64,000 nt of DNA from an uncultured Chloroflexia bacterium (GCA_963737965.1 CAVTUS010000008.1:420208-484207); one strand, 5' to 3'; positions 10,174-20,608 are shown, counted from the first letter of the stretch. Notes: generated from the letters alone by a model not told the origin. Numbers and translations are program-made.

Positions 10174-11011
10174 ATGGCGTTTCTCATTCACAACGAAGAC
10201 TCCCGGGACCCCTACCCGGAGGCGCACTGGTTCATCGTCCGTCGCAGCGAGATCCTCATCTACGACTCGCCGGAAGGCCCACGAATCCCCTACCAGCGGG
10301 GCGAGCCGCCAATCGAAGGTGTGTCGCGGCACGTCCTCGGTTCGATGGATGGCGTCATCAGCTACGCCATCGACGCCGGCGAGGACCCATCGATCGCGGA
10401 GCCGCCGGACCACCGCTGGGTGAACCTGCGGGCCGCGTTCGCTGAGCTGAACGAAGAGGCCTGGACGGTCGCCGGGCGGGCAGAGCAGCTCGTGGCCTGG
10501 GGCCGGACGCACCGCTATTGCGGCCGCTGCGGCAACGAGAATGAGCTCCACCCGGTGGAGCGGGCGATGGTCTGCTCGCGCTGCGGGCTGATGCAGTTCC
10601 CGCGACTTTCGCCGGCGACCATCACCCTGGTAACCCGCGGCGAGCAACGACGAGGAAGTGCTCCTCGCCCACGGCCGCCAGTTCGGGCGGACCTTCTACA
10701 GCTGCCTTGCGGGGTTCGTGGAGCCGGGCGAGAGCCTCGAAGGCTGCGTCGCCCGCGAAGTGCAGGAAGAGGTCGGCCTTGAAATCAAGGACATCACCTA
10801 CTTCAACAGCCAGCCGTGGCCGTTTCCCAACTCGCTCATGATCGGCTTCCGGGCGCGGTATGCCTCGGGCGAGCTGAATCTCCAGGAATCCGAGATCGTC
10901 GACGCCCGGTGGTGGCGTGTCGGCGATATGCCTGACAGCTACCCCCGCGGGGGTATGTCGATTGCCGGTTGGCTGGTCGAGGGCTGGCTGGCGGAGCAGG
11001 GCGCGCTGTAA
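10174..11011 (+). pseudogene. nudC: NAD+ diphosphatase (NUDIX, NudC-type), one frameshift near 10640
   Basis: Zinc ribbon YCGRCGNENELHPVERAMVCSRCG...FPRLSPA, then in another frame the NUDIX box GFVEPGESLEGCVAREVQEEVG and SQPWPFPNSLM. Confidence 0.8.
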
Positions 11012-11113
11012 AGCACCGGCGCGATCGGCCGTCCCGCTGAACCGCGGACTGTCGGCGCGTGTGTCCCCCGGCGGATACGATCCTCCCACACTCCTGCTAC
11101 AAGAAGGAACGAC

Positions 11114-11618
11114 ATGGATCTGCTTCTCAACGACCTCACGCCCTGGCCGTGGGCGGTCGGTGGCGCCGGCATCGCCGCCATCACGCTGGTCTTGCTCTAT
11201 GTGGGCAATCACCGCCTGGGCGTCTCCACCGGCTTCGAAAACGTCTGCTCGCTCGTCGTCGACGACGCCGTACTTTCGCCGCGATGCCGTCAGCGGCTCG
11301 AATTCCTGGCGGCTGCCGCTCCTCGGCGGCCTCGTTATCGGCGGGTTTCTCTCGGCGATCCTCGGCGGTGGCTGGTCGCCGTTCTGGGACATGGGCATCT
11401 TCGATACCGACATCGGCTGGGGACCTGCCGGCAAGGTCGTCTGGATGTTTGCCGGCGGCGTCCTCATCGGCTTCGGCACGCGCCTTGGCGGCGGCTGCAC
11501 CAGCGGCCACGGCATCTTCGGCATGTCGAACCTGGAAGTGCCAAGCATCGTCAGCACCGTCAGCTTCATGGTCGGCGGCATCATCACCACCAACCTCATC
11601 TACCGGGTGATCGTCTGA
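11114..11618 (+). pseudogene. YeeE/YedE-family sulfur-compound transporter half, one frameshift near 11270
   Basis: MDLLLNDLTPWPWAVGGAGIAAITLVLLYVGNHRLGVSTGFENV | ...GGLVIGGFLSAILGG...GFGTRLGGGCTSGHG. Confidence 0.7.
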
Positions 11619-12072
11619 TGCGCTGGACCGCCTTCTACCTCGCCCTCGGCACCGTCTTCGGCCTCACCCTCAGCCGCTCCGGAGCCGCCGACTACAACTA
11701 CATCCAGGGCATGTTCCTCTTCGAGAAGTTCCAGCTCTACGGCATCATCGGCACGGCCGTGGTCCATCCTCGACGCCGAGCCTCTTCCTCCTCAAGCGCT
11801 ACGGCCGCACCGCCGATGGCTCGCCACTGGTCATCGAACGAAAGCCCGGCCACCGCGGTAACGTCGCCGGCGGACTCCTCTTCGGCGTCGGCTGGTCGAT
11901 CACGGGCATGTGCCCGGGCCCGGTGCTGGTCAATGTGGGCGAAGGAAAGTGGTACGCCCTGGCGGCCCTCGCCGGTGTCCTTGTTGGCGCCAGCAGCTTC
12001 GGCGTGGCCTACCCGCGCCTCACCGGCATCTTTCGGCTCCCACCACTCGAGGTCGGCACCGGCGAGGGATAG
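11618..12072 (+). pseudogene. YeeE/YedE-family transporter second half, one frameshift near 11770
   Basis: TGATG stop/start overlap with the previous gene. MRWTAFYLALGTVFGLTLSRSGAADYNYIQGMF... | ...[21 protein letters not shown]. Confidence 0.65.
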
Positions 12073-12122
12073 CGAGCGTTCAGCGCGCCGCGGAGAGCGT
12101 AGAGTCCTCCCGGAGGCAAGGC

Positions 12123-12869
12123 ATGTCGAACAAGATCGCCCTCATTACCGGCGCCGGCAGCGGCATCGGCCAGGCATCCGCCATCGCCCTCGCGGAGCAC
12201 GGCTGGTCTGTCGTCCTCGCCGGCCGCCGCCGGGAAGCCCTCGACGAGACGGCAGCCCTGTTGCCCGCGGGCGCCGGATCTCTCACCGTCCCCACGGACG
12301 TCCAGGAGATTGAGCAAATCCGGGCCCTCTTCGCCGCCACGAAGGAGCGCTTTGGCCGCCTCGACCTGCTCTTCAACAACGCCGGCCTGGGCGCGGGCGG
12401 CCCCATTGAGAGCCTCGCCATCGAGCGCTGGCGCCAGGTCGTCGATACGAACCTGACCGGCGCCTTCGTTTGCACCCAGGAAGCCTTCAAGATCATGAAG
12501 GACCAGGACCCTCGCGGCGGCCGCATCATCAACAACGGATCCATCTCCGCCCACGCGCCGCGGCCGAACTCCGTTGCCTATACCGCCACCAAGCACGCGA
12601 TGACCGGGCTTACAAAGTCAACCTCGCTCGACGGGCGGAAGTACGACATTGCCTGCGGCCAGATCGATATCGGCAACGCCGCCACGCCGTTGACCTCACG
12701 GATGTCCGGCGGCGTACCCCAGCCGAACGGCGAGGTGATGCCCGAGCCGGTGATGGACGTGCGGCACGTCGCCGATGCCATCGTCTACATGGCCGAACTG
12801 CCGCTCGACGCCAACGTCGAGTTCCTCACCGTCATGGCCACGAAAATGCCGTGGCTCGGCCGAGGCTAA
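12123..12869 (+). CDS. SDR-family oxidoreductase
   Basis: [17 protein letters not shown] and YTATKHA motifs. TAGAGT at 12100-12105 and GGAGG upstream. Confidence 0.85.
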   Translation: MSNKIALITGAGSGIGQASAIALAEHGWSVVLAGRRREALDETAALLPAGAGSLTVPTDVQEIEQIRALFAATKERFGRLDLLFNNAGLGAGGPIESLAIERWRQVVDTNLTGAFVCTQEAFKIMKDQDPRGGRIINNGSISAHAPRPNSVAYTATKHAMTGLTKSTSLDGRKYDIACGQIDIGNAATPLTSRMSGGVPQPNGEVMPEPVMDVRHVADAIVYMAELPLDANVEFLTVMATKMPWLGRG

Positions 12870-12878
12870 ACGGCGGGC

Positions 12879-13499
12879 TCACGCCGCGGCCAGTGCCAGC
12901 ACCACCTTCACCGCCTCATCGGCCGTAACCCGGTCGGTGTTGATGACGAGGTCGTAGGCCTCCGCCGTCTCGGCATCGACACCGTAGAAGCGCTTGAGGA
13001 AGTCGAGGCGCGCCTTATCCGACTCCGTGATCTCCTGGCGGGCGCGTTTGGGGCCATGGGCGTCCTTCTTGAGCCGGATTGCCCTGGCATCCACGGAGCC
13101 GGTGACGAGCACCCGCACGACGCCATCGGCCGGGCCGAGGGCGTGACCGGCGCCGTGTGCAACAAGAACGCACTTTCCCGCCGCGGCCACCTCGCCAATG
13201 ACGCCGACGATGACCTCCGGATAATCAGGCCCCAGCATCTGGACGTAGTCGCTGGCGGCCCCGGGAATCTCGGGAGTCGAGAGGCTGGCGCGGGCGAGGT
13301 TGTCCATCATGCGGGCGAGCAGACCCTGCCGCCGTTCGGCGCTGGCGACTTCGGCAGCCGTCGCGCCAACCCGTTCGGCCGCCATATCGATGATCTCGGT
13401 GTCGACGTAGCGAAAGCCCAGCTCCGAGGCCAGCGTCCGCCCGATCGCTTCGCCGCCGGCGCCCAGCGCCCGCGAAATGGTGATCACATTTGTCTGCAT
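12879..13499 (-). CDS. cytidylate kinase-like (AAA) family protein
   Basis: 206 aa with ITISRALGAGGEAIGRTLASELGFRYVD P-loop-like N-terminus. Confidence 0.65.
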   Translation of the reverse strand: MQTNVITISRALGAGGEAIGRTLASELGFRYVDTEIIDMAAERVGATAAEVASAERRQGLLARMMDNLARASLSTPEIPGAASDYVQMLGPDYPEVIVGVIGEVAAAGKCVLVAHGAGHALGPADGVVRVLVTGSVDARAIRLKKDAHGPKRARQEITESDKARLDFLKRFYGVDAETAEAYDLVINTDRVTADEAVKVVLALAAA

Positions 13500-13597
13500 C
13501 CCGGGTCACTCCCCTCGTGGTGGGACGTTTGTACATCATCAGGCGGCACCACTGTGTGCGACGGATCGCATTCGCCGGTGGCATACTCCCGTGACGA

Positions 13598-14906
13598 CAT
13601 GGCCACTCCCAAGATTCGCTATGCAACGACAGGTGACGGCGTCCGCATCGCCTGGGGCGAACTTGGAACCGGGCGCACCGTCTTTCGTGTTTCCAACGGC
13701 CCCTTTCTAGAATTCCTCCCCATCTATCTCCCGGACTATGCCGAAGCAATGTCGACCGCCTTCCGGTGGGCGTCCTATGACCTCCGCGGAACTGGTCTTT
13801 CACAACGCCCAGTCGCAGAGGTGAGTGCCGAAACGATGCTTCGCGACGCGGAGGCTGCGCTTGGCGCCCTTGGCAACGAGCCACTCGTCATGAACGCGCC
13901 AGCCGAAATGCTGGCTACCCGAACTGCACTTGAACTCCTGGAGCGACACCAGGGTCGTTTCACTCATCTCTGGCTCGATGCTCCGTATGCATCCGACGCT
14001 GGGTTTCGGGAGGTCTCCCGCATAGGCCGAGCGCGCGGTGCCCTCCGTCAGATGGACTGGGAAGCGCAGACCGACGTGGTGGAGCAGGTGTTCCGCGAGA
14101 TTGACACACCCGCTGTCCGACAACGCGGCGGCGAGATGATGAGACAGAGCATCGATGCGGACACCTATCATGCCTACTCCCGGCTCCTCCATACTGAGCT
14201 GGCTGCAGAGTTCTCTCGGGTCAGCATTCCGACTATTGTGGTCGGGAACGAACGTTCAGCTGTCCCCGTAGAACTTTCGCAGGCAGTTGGCTGCCCTCAT
14301 CCCCGGCGCCGATTACGTCCAAATATCGGACCCCACCTGGATAGCCTCGTTGCAGGCGGCGAGAGAGTTCGTCAACGGGTCGCGAAGCCCCACTGCGGTC
14401 GGTCTCCCTTCCCCCTTCCGCACGATCCTCTTCACCGACATCGAAGGCCACACAGCCATCATGTCCCGGCTTGGCGACGACAAAGGGCGGGATGCTGCTG
14501 CGTGAACATGAGCGGCGCACCCGGGAAGCGCTTCGAGCCCACAGCGGGAGTGAGGTAAAGAGCATGGGCGACGGCTTCATGGCGAGCTTCAGTAGCTGCT
14601 CAGCGGGCCCTCGACTGTGCCCGGGCCATCCAGAAGGCTTTCGCCGAGCCCATTGCCGGGGAGTCAATCCGGGTGCGCATCGGCCTCAATGCCGGTGAGC
14701 CTGTAGAAGAGGACGACGACTTCTTCGGCGCCAGCGTTATCGCCGCCGCCCGCATCGCCGCAAAGGCCGAAGGTGGCCAGGTGCTCGTCGCCAACGTTGT
14801 CCGCGAGCTGGTCGCGGGCAAGGGCTTCCTCTTCCACGACACCGGCCAGCACGACCTCAAGGGACTGGAAGAGCCGGTCAGGCTGTGGGAACTGCGGCTG
14901 GAGTAG
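13598..14906 (+). pseudogene. alpha/beta-hydrolase-like domain fused to a class III adenylate/guanylate cyclase domain, three frameshifts
   Basis: N-terminal MATPKIRYATTGDGVRIAWGELG.... The cyclase part is ILFTDIEGHTAIMSRLGDDKG | LLREHERRTREALRAHSGSEVKSMGDGFMASF | AAQRALDCARAIQKAF...RIGLNAGEPVEEDDDFFGASVIAAARI. Shifts lie near 14285, 14500 and 14592. Confidence 0.7.
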
Positions 14907-14925
14907 GTCGCCGAGACAGGCGACT

Positions 14926-15537
14926 CTATGCCGGCAGTGGGTGGCGCCCTACCGCGGTGTTGAAGTAGAAGTCGAGCATGGCCGTCAGGGGGGCTGGGCT
15001 CCTCAACAGGCGGCTACGCAGGGCCGCCCCCTCCCAGCAGTCCGTCAGGAGACTCGCCATAGCGATGGTATCGGAACCGGCGGGAATATCGCCGCGGGCG
15101 CGCGCCTCCTCCAGGCAGACTGCAACCTGCCGGGCAATCTCGGCGATGCAGCCCTCGATCTTCTCCCGGAACACATCGTTCACGCCGGATAACTCCTGCC
15201 CGAGACCGCCAAGCAGACACCCCATGTACCCCTCCTGCCGGTAGGACTCGAGCGTCGCTTCGAAGAAGTTCCGCACCCGGGCCAGCGGCGGCGCCGCCCG
15301 GTCGCCCAGGCACTCGCCGAGGCCAGCATGGACGGCCTCCATGTACTCGTCGACAACCTGGAGGGCGAAATCCTCTTTGTCCTTGAAGTGGTGGTAGAAG
15401 GAGCCCTTCGGCGTCCCCGTCTCGTCGAGCAAGGCCTGGATCCCGAGGTCGTGGTAGCCGCGCTCGAGGAGCATGGCCCACCCTGCATCGATCAATCGCT
15501 GCTTGGTCTCGTGCTTCGTCGACATGGTTGGAGACAC
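14926..15537 (-). CDS. TetR/AcrR-family transcriptional regulator
   Basis: N-terminal HTH: KQRLIDAGWAMLLERGYHDLGIQALLDETGTPKGSFYHHFKDKE. Confidence 0.85.
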   Translation of the reverse strand: MSPTMSTKHETKQRLIDAGWAMLLERGYHDLGIQALLDETGTPKGSFYHHFKDKEDFALQVVDEYMEAVHAGLGECLGDRAAPPLARVRNFFEATLESYRQEGYMGCLLGGLGQELSGVNDVFREKIEGCIAEIARQVAVCLEEARARGDIPAGSDTIAMASLLTDCWEGAALRSRLLRSPAPLTAMLDFYFNTAVGRHPLPA

Positions 15538-15568
15538 CCCGGGAGTGCCCCGGGATGTCCCGGAGCCG

Positions 15569-15952
15569 CTAGCCGTTCACCTTCTGGATCATATGCTCGA
15601 TGACCCGGGTGTGCTCATGCTGCGGACTGAACATAACGATCTCAGCATCCTCTTCGACTCGCACGTTGTGGCCGGCGGGCCAGAAGAAAAGGTCGTTTGC
15701 TGACACGGTTTCGTGCCGGCCCGAGGCGTCTGTGGTGGTCAGCTGGCCCTGGAGGACGAACCCCCAGTGGGGAACCTGGCAGAGGTTGCCTTCGAGGCCG
15801 AGAAAGAGGGGCGTCGTGTCCACGCCCGCAGAGAGCGAGAAGTACTCCCCGCTGATTTCCTCGCCTCCTATGTCGCCGAGGCCGTATCGCTGCCTGAGCG
15901 TGGCACCGGGAATCTCCATTCGGACGTCCACTTCATCCTTGGTGACGTGCAT
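15569..15952 (-). CDS. cupin-domain protein (first gene of the cupin-tetR pair)
   Basis: ATG at 15952 after AAGGAG. Small beta-barrel-like sequence, co-oriented with and 31 nt upstream of tetR. Confidence 0.65.
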   Translation of the reverse strand: MHVTKDEVDVRMEIPGATLRQRYGLGDIGGEEISGEYFSLSAGVDTTPLFLGLEGNLCQVPHWGFVLQGQLTTTDASGRHETVSANDLFFWPAGHNVRVEEDAEIVMFSPQHEHTRVIEHMIQKVNG

Positions 15953-15978
15953 CGCTACTCCTTGTTCTGTTTCAATTT

Positions 15979-16002
15979 CTACTAGACCGATCGGTCTAGT
16001 AG
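15979..16002. promoter_or_regulatory. perfect 24-bp palindrome, probable TetR operator
   Basis: CTACTAGACCGATCGGTCTAGTAG equals its own reverse complement. It lies 27 nt upstream of the cupin-tetR start. Confidence 0.6.
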
Positions 16003-16281
16003 GTGGGGGAAGCTTGGCCTCCGAAGGCCCGGTTGTCAATCCCCGGCGGGTGAAAGCCTGTCACCCGGGCAGCAATCCCCGTGGAAGCATCCCGTTCACC
16101 GGGGCGGAACCGATCGAGATTGGCATGCTTGGCCTGGCGCCCCGCGCCGCCGCCGCGCGCGCGGCGACCGTGCTGCGCTGGCCCTGGCACAGTCGCTCGA
16201 ACTCCCGGTCTACGCATCGGACGCTGCCTGGCTGGGAGTGGATGTCGGCGCCGAGGTGCGGCTGATCCGGTTCTCGGTCCG

Positions 16282-16425
16282 CTAGTACTTCGCGAAGACA
16301 GTTGGCATTCGCGCGTTCAACGCCTCGCAATGTGCTCCCCTTCTCCCGCGTGAGTCGGGAGAAGGGGCTGGGGGTTGAGGGCCGGTCTCCGGGCTCGAAC
16401 GCTGAGTTTCGCAACTGAGTACTAG
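16282..16425. repeat. MITE-like element, copy 1 (144 bp), with a nested 31-nt hairpin insertion
   Basis: Termini CTAGTACT...AGTACTAG. Near-identical to 33105-33218 except for the extra ctccccttctcccgcgtgagtcgggagaagg at 16335-16365 (11-bp stem). Abuts the stop codon of the gene at 16426. Confidence 0.75.
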
Positions 16426-17400
16426 CTACACGAGGTAGGTGGTCCCCACCGCGTTGTGGACATACGCCTCGGGGAAGGCGGCGGCGATCGCCTGCTGGGG
16501 CTTCCAGCCGGTGCAGTGGGCAGGCACAACCAGGCCGGGCGTGAAGGCCCGGAGACCGTCAATCGTCCGCCCGATGACCGGCTCAAAGTAACGGCCCGTG
16601 AGGTGGAAGCCGCCGATGATGGCGTGCACCCGCTCTACGCCGGTCACCTGCACCGCTCGCTTCACGATGTTGACGATGCCCGAATGCCCGCAGCCCGTGA
16701 TCACCACGAGCCCTTTGCCGCGCACGTTGGCGATAAGCGCCTGGTCATCGAGCAGATGCGGCTCAGGCTGCCAGCCATTCCCCTCGTTCGATTGAAAGAA
16801 CGGGAATCCCTGCTCGAAGTCGGTCACTCTCGGCACCTCGCCGGTAAGCATCAGGGCACCGTGGAAGAGCAGCGAAGGGTCACGCTCTTCCAGTAATTCG
16901 AATCCGGCGCCTTCCATTGCTGAGCGCGAGGGCGGGACGAGCGGTATCGGGCCCGCCCCGGGAGGGGCGGCGCGCCGATTGGTGTAGATGCGGGGGTGGG
17001 CCATGAGCGGCATGTTCGCCTTGCCGAGGCGCTCGACCAGCCCGGCGAGCCCGCCGGTGTGGTCCCAGTGGCCATGCGAGAGAGCGACGGCCTCGATCTC
17101 CTTCGGGTCGATTTGCAGCCTGTCGATGTTGCCGATGAGGCCGTCCGGAGAAAGCCCCGCATCGAAGAGCAAGCAATGCGTTTCGCCGCCACTGTGAACG
17201 GTGACCAGGCTCGAAAAGCCATGCTCGGCGTGGAGCGTCACCCGCACGTTCGGCTCTTCGAGCAAGGGGTTGTAGGCAGCGCCGGCAGCCCACGGTTGGC
17301 GACGGACCTCTTCGTCGCCATCGAGGAGGGCATCGATCTGGTTGTCGACGAGGATCGTTACCTCGATCGAGTCGGCCTCGATCAGTTGCGGTTGGCTCAT
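16426..17400 (-). CDS. MBL-fold metallo-hydrolase
   Basis: 324 aa. HGFSSLV...LFDAG...LSHGHWDHTGGL motif. Confidence 0.8.
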   Translation of the reverse strand: MSQPQLIEADSIEVTILVDNQIDALLDGDEEVRRQPWAAGAAYNPLLEEPNVRVTLHAEHGFSSLVTVHSGGETHCLLFDAGLSPDGLIGNIDRLQIDPKEIEAVALSHGHWDHTGGLAGLVERLGKANMPLMAHPRIYTNRRAAPPGAGPIPLVPPSRSAMEGAGFELLEERDPSLLFHGALMLTGEVPRVTDFEQGFPFFQSNEGNGWQPEPHLLDDQALIANVRGKGLVVITGCGHSGIVNIVKRAVQVTGVERVHAIIGGFHLTGRYFEPVIGRTIDGLRAFTPGLVVPAHCTGWKPQQAIAAAFPEAYVHNAVGTTYLV

Positions 17401-18938
17401 GGCGCCTCCTGCAGCATCTCTGCAATCCGTTCGCCGATCATGATCGCCGTGAAGTTCGTGTTCGCCCGGACGAGGTTCGGCATGATCGAAGCGTCGGCAA
17501 CGACCAGTCCTTCGAGCCCATAGACACGGCCCGACTGGTCGACCACCGCGAGCGGGTCGCCGGCGGGCCCCATCTTGCAGGTGCCCACCGGGTGCACGAG
17601 GTGGGTGACGCTCTCCCGCAGAAACTCCTGCACGGCCTCGTCGTCGTCCACCAGCTCCTGCGTGGGGCGAAGGATGGCGGCCGTGTGTTCGGCGATCGGA
17701 CCCGAAGTCAGCAGGCGCCAGGCGACCCGGACGCCGTCGACCATCTTCTCCATGTCCTGCTCTTCCGCCAGCAGGTTGATCGCGATGGCCGGCTGCACCG
17801 CCGGATCAGGGCTCGCCAGCCTTACGCTGCCCAGCGACAGTGGCCGCTGAAGGCTGACGCAGAGCATGAACAGCGCCTCGATGCCGGGCATAGCGGCTGC
17901 CAGCTGCGGCGTCCGCCTCGTTTCGTTGCTCCACATGTACATCTGCATGTCGTTCTCTTCGCTGCTGCCGGCGGCGGTGTAGCGAAGGCCGATCTGCTGC
18001 AGCGGGTCTCCCGGCGCGATCACTCCGGGCCGGGGCAACGCAATGAGTGTGACCGAGGGATGGTCCTTGAGGCCCTCGCCCACACCGGCCAGGTCGTGCA
18101 CAACCTCGATCCCCATCTCCCCCAGGTGCGAAGCCGGGCCGACGCCCGAGCGCAGGAGGATCGGCGGCGTGTGCAGCGCCCCCGCCGAGAGCACGATCGT
18201 CTTCCCGTGGACCTCCTGACGTGCGCCCCCGCTCTCGACCGCCAGCCCGACCGCCCGCTTCCCTTCGAAGAGGACGCGGTCGACGTGGCAGTTCGCCCGG
18301 ATCGTGAGGTTCAGGCGTCCCCGCGCCGGTCCAAGGTAGCCCGTCGCCGTCGAGACGCGGAAGCTGCCCGTCCGGTTCATCGCCCAGCTGCCGACGCCCG
18401 TGGCGCCGGGAACGTTGTGGTCCTCCTGGGGCGGGTACCCGGCTTCAAGGCAGGCAGCCTTGAACGCTCGCTGCACGGTAGCCAGCTCGTCCTCGCGCCA
18501 GCGGACAACGGGGATTGGCCCGTTCTTGCCGTGGAAGTCGCCGCCGAAGTCCTGGTCGGCCTCCAGCTTGCGAAAGTAGGGCAGGCACTGCTCCCAGCCC
18601 CAGCGATCGTTGCCCAGGGCCGCCCACTCGTCGTAGTCCTCGGGCACCCCCCGGATGGCGACGATCCCGTTCACCGCCGAGGATCCGCCGGTCACCTTCC
18701 CTCTCGGGTAGGCCACCGCGCGGCCCTTCACGGCGTCGCCCTGCCAGTGCCAATCGTGCGCATCGAGGGACGCAGTGGTGCCGTCAGCGAGGTCGCTGGG
18801 AAGGGTGGCCGGGTCCGGGTAGTCGGGCCCGGCCTCCAGGAGGAGGACGCTGGTCTCCGCGTTCTCCGTCAGGCGCGCCGCGATCACCGCTCCTGCGCTC
18901 CCGGCGCCGACGACGATGTAGTCATAGGTAATACTCAC
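17397..18938 (-). CDS. GMC-family FAD oxidoreductase (choline dehydrogenase-like)
   Basis: 513 aa. YDYIVVGAGSAGAVIAARL N-terminus and GGSSAVNG. C-terminal HPVGTCKMG...VVDASIMP. Confidence 0.9.
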   Translation of the reverse strand: MSITYDYIVVGAGSAGAVIAARLTENAETSVLLLEAGPDYPDPATLPSDLADGTTASLDAHDWHWQGDAVKGRAVAYPRGKVTGGSSAVNGIVAIRGVPEDYDEWAALGNDRWGWEQCLPYFRKLEADQDFGGDFHGKNGPIPVVRWREDELATVQRAFKAACLEAGYPPQEDHNVPGATGVGSWAMNRTGSFRVSTATGYLGPARGRLNLTIRANCHVDRVLFEGKRAVGLAVESGGARQEVHGKTIVLSAGALHTPPILLRSGVGPASHLGEMGIEVVHDLAGVGEGLKDHPSVTLIALPRPGVIAPGDPLQQIGLRYTAAGSSEENDMQMYMWSNETRRTPQLAAAMPGIEALFMLCVSLQRPLSLGSVRLASPDPAVQPAIAINLLAEEQDMEKMVDGVRVAWRLLTSGPIAEHTAAILRPTQELVDDDEAVQEFLRESVTHLVHPVGTCKMGPAGDPLAVVDQSGRVYGLEGLVVADASIMPNLVRANTNFTAIMIGERIAEMLQEAP

Positions 18939-18991
18939 GGGCAGTTCCCTTCTGACGGGTGGGGCGATTCCATCTTCGGCGGATCCGCGGG

Positions 18992-19414
18992 CTACATCTC
19001 TTCGCGCAGGAGCGGGCCTTGTACCACGGAAGATTCGACGATCAGACCGTCCGCGACGCGATAGAAGTCCGCTCCCTCGAAGTAGAGAACTGTTCCCCCG
19101 GGCATGCCCGGGCGGTCGTTCGTGGTGGACGCCCAGAACCGATACCGGACCGCGACCCGGTCACCGGCTTCTACGATTTCGCGAATCTCGATCCGCCTGT
19201 TCCGCATTCGGCCGGCCACGACATCATGTTGAGCCCGGAATTGCTCCTTCCCTTCAAGCCTGGAAGCCGGCTCAAAGGTGGTCGCAGGTAGGTTGATGAT
19301 GGCGTCGTCTGACCACACCTCGAGGAACCTGTCGGTACCGTAGATGTCTGGAGTACCGTCGTTGTACAGCGCAAAGTGGCGTTCAACGACTTGCCGTGGG
19401 GTGAGACCTGCCAT
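18992..19414 (-). CDS. SnoaL-like / NTF2-fold protein
   Basis: ATG at 19414. About 140 aa: VERHFALYNDG...FYRVADGLIVE, typical of the ester-cyclase/SnoaL fold. Confidence 0.6.
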   Translation of the reverse strand: MAGLTPRQVVERHFALYNDGTPDIYGTDRFLEVWSDDAIINLPATTFEPASRLEGKEQFRAQHDVVAGRMRNRRIEIREIVEAGDRVAVRYRFWASTTNDRPGMPGGTVLYFEGADFYRVADGLIVESSVVQGPLLREEM

Positions 19415-19424
19415 ATGTGTCCTC

Positions 19425-20591
19425 CTAGAACAGTGGGCTCCGCGATTCCTGCCCCAAAAACACCCGGCCGGCCGCCTCGATCCACTGGCCGGAAGCCATG
19501 ATTTGTTGCGGTACCACGTGGACATCCCGCCGGCAGCGTTCGAGGATGCCGTGCTCGAGGTTGGCACTCGTGCCAGCCGCCTCGCAGACCAGTTCGACGG
19601 CGCGAGCACTGGCACGTGCGGCATTGCTGCAGGCGAGCTGGACCATCGCCCGTTGCTGCTGGGGCACCTCGTCGCCCCGCATGGCAGCCTCCCAGAGCTC
19701 GTCGACCACTTCGAACACCCAGGCGCGGGCACTGCGCAGGGTCGCCTCCGCCTCGGCGATGGCGACCTGGGCCATGCCTCGTTCGGCCAGCGTACTTCGC
19801 GTTCCCCGTGGGACCTTGTTCATGGCGAGGTCGATGAAGGCGTCGAGCGCCCCCCGCGCGATGCCGGTCGAGACACCAACCTTGTTATAGGCGAGGCGGC
19901 TGTAGACCGGGAGCTGGAACAACGTCCCGCTGTGCAGCGCCCGGTAGAAGGTGCGCGTGATGTGGGTCTCCGGCACGAAAACGTCGTCCATCGCGATGTC
20001 GTGACTGCCCGACCCTCGCATCCCCACGGTGTGCCACGTGTCGAGGATCTCGAACTGCTCTCGCGGCACGAGCACCTCGACCAGTTCGACGTTGCCCTGT
20101 GGATCACGGCGAAACTCGCCGGACTCGTCGACCACGATGCACTGGCCGTGGAACCAGGTGGCGTTGTGACAGCCGCTGGCAAACGGCCACTGGCCCGTGG
20201 CCCGGTAGCCGCCCTCGACAGGCAGGGCGCGGCCTTTCGGGTTGAGCGCGCCGGAGAAGATGGTGTGCGGGTCGCGGAAGATCGCGGCGGCCGTCTCCGG
20301 GGGCAGCCCCGCCGAGGCCATCCCCGTCGCCTCGATGCCGATCATCAGGTTCCAGCCGGTGGCGCCGTCCGCCTCCGCGATCGTTTCGATCACGCGGATC
20401 TGCTCGTGCGGATGGACTTCGCCGCCGCCGAGGCTCGCCGGTACCGCCACCCGGTAGAGGCCCGCCTCCGCCATGGCCTTCGCGACGACGTCCGGCAGGT
20501 GGCGCTGCTGCTCAGCCTCAAGCGCATGCTCCCGGACGAGCGGCTGCAACTCCTTCGCTCGCTGGACGTAGTCGACGGCCACCATGGTCAT
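19425..20591 (-). CDS. acyl-CoA dehydrogenase-family protein
   Basis: 388 aa with the ACAD three-domain layout (WPFASGCHNATW..., C-terminal helical bundle). Confidence 0.8.
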   Translation of the reverse strand: MTMVAVDYVQRAKELQPLVREHALEAEQQRHLPDVVAKAMAEAGLYRVAVPASLGGGEVHPHEQIRVIETIAEADGATGWNLMIGIEATGMASAGLPPETAAAIFRDPHTIFSGALNPKGRALPVEGGYRATGQWPFASGCHNATWFHGQCIVVDESGEFRRDPQGNVELVEVLVPREQFEILDTWHTVGMRGSGSHDIAMDDVFVPETHITRTFYRALHSGTLFQLPVYSRLAYNKVGVSTGIARGALDAFIDLAMNKVPRGTRSTLAERGMAQVAIAEAEATLRSARAWVFEVVDELWEAAMRGDEVPQQQRAMVQLACSNAARASARAVELVCEAAGTSANLEHGILERCRRDVHVVPQQIMASGQWIEAAGRVFLGQESRSPLF

Positions 20592-20608
20592 GGGCCTACC
20601 TCCTCGCC

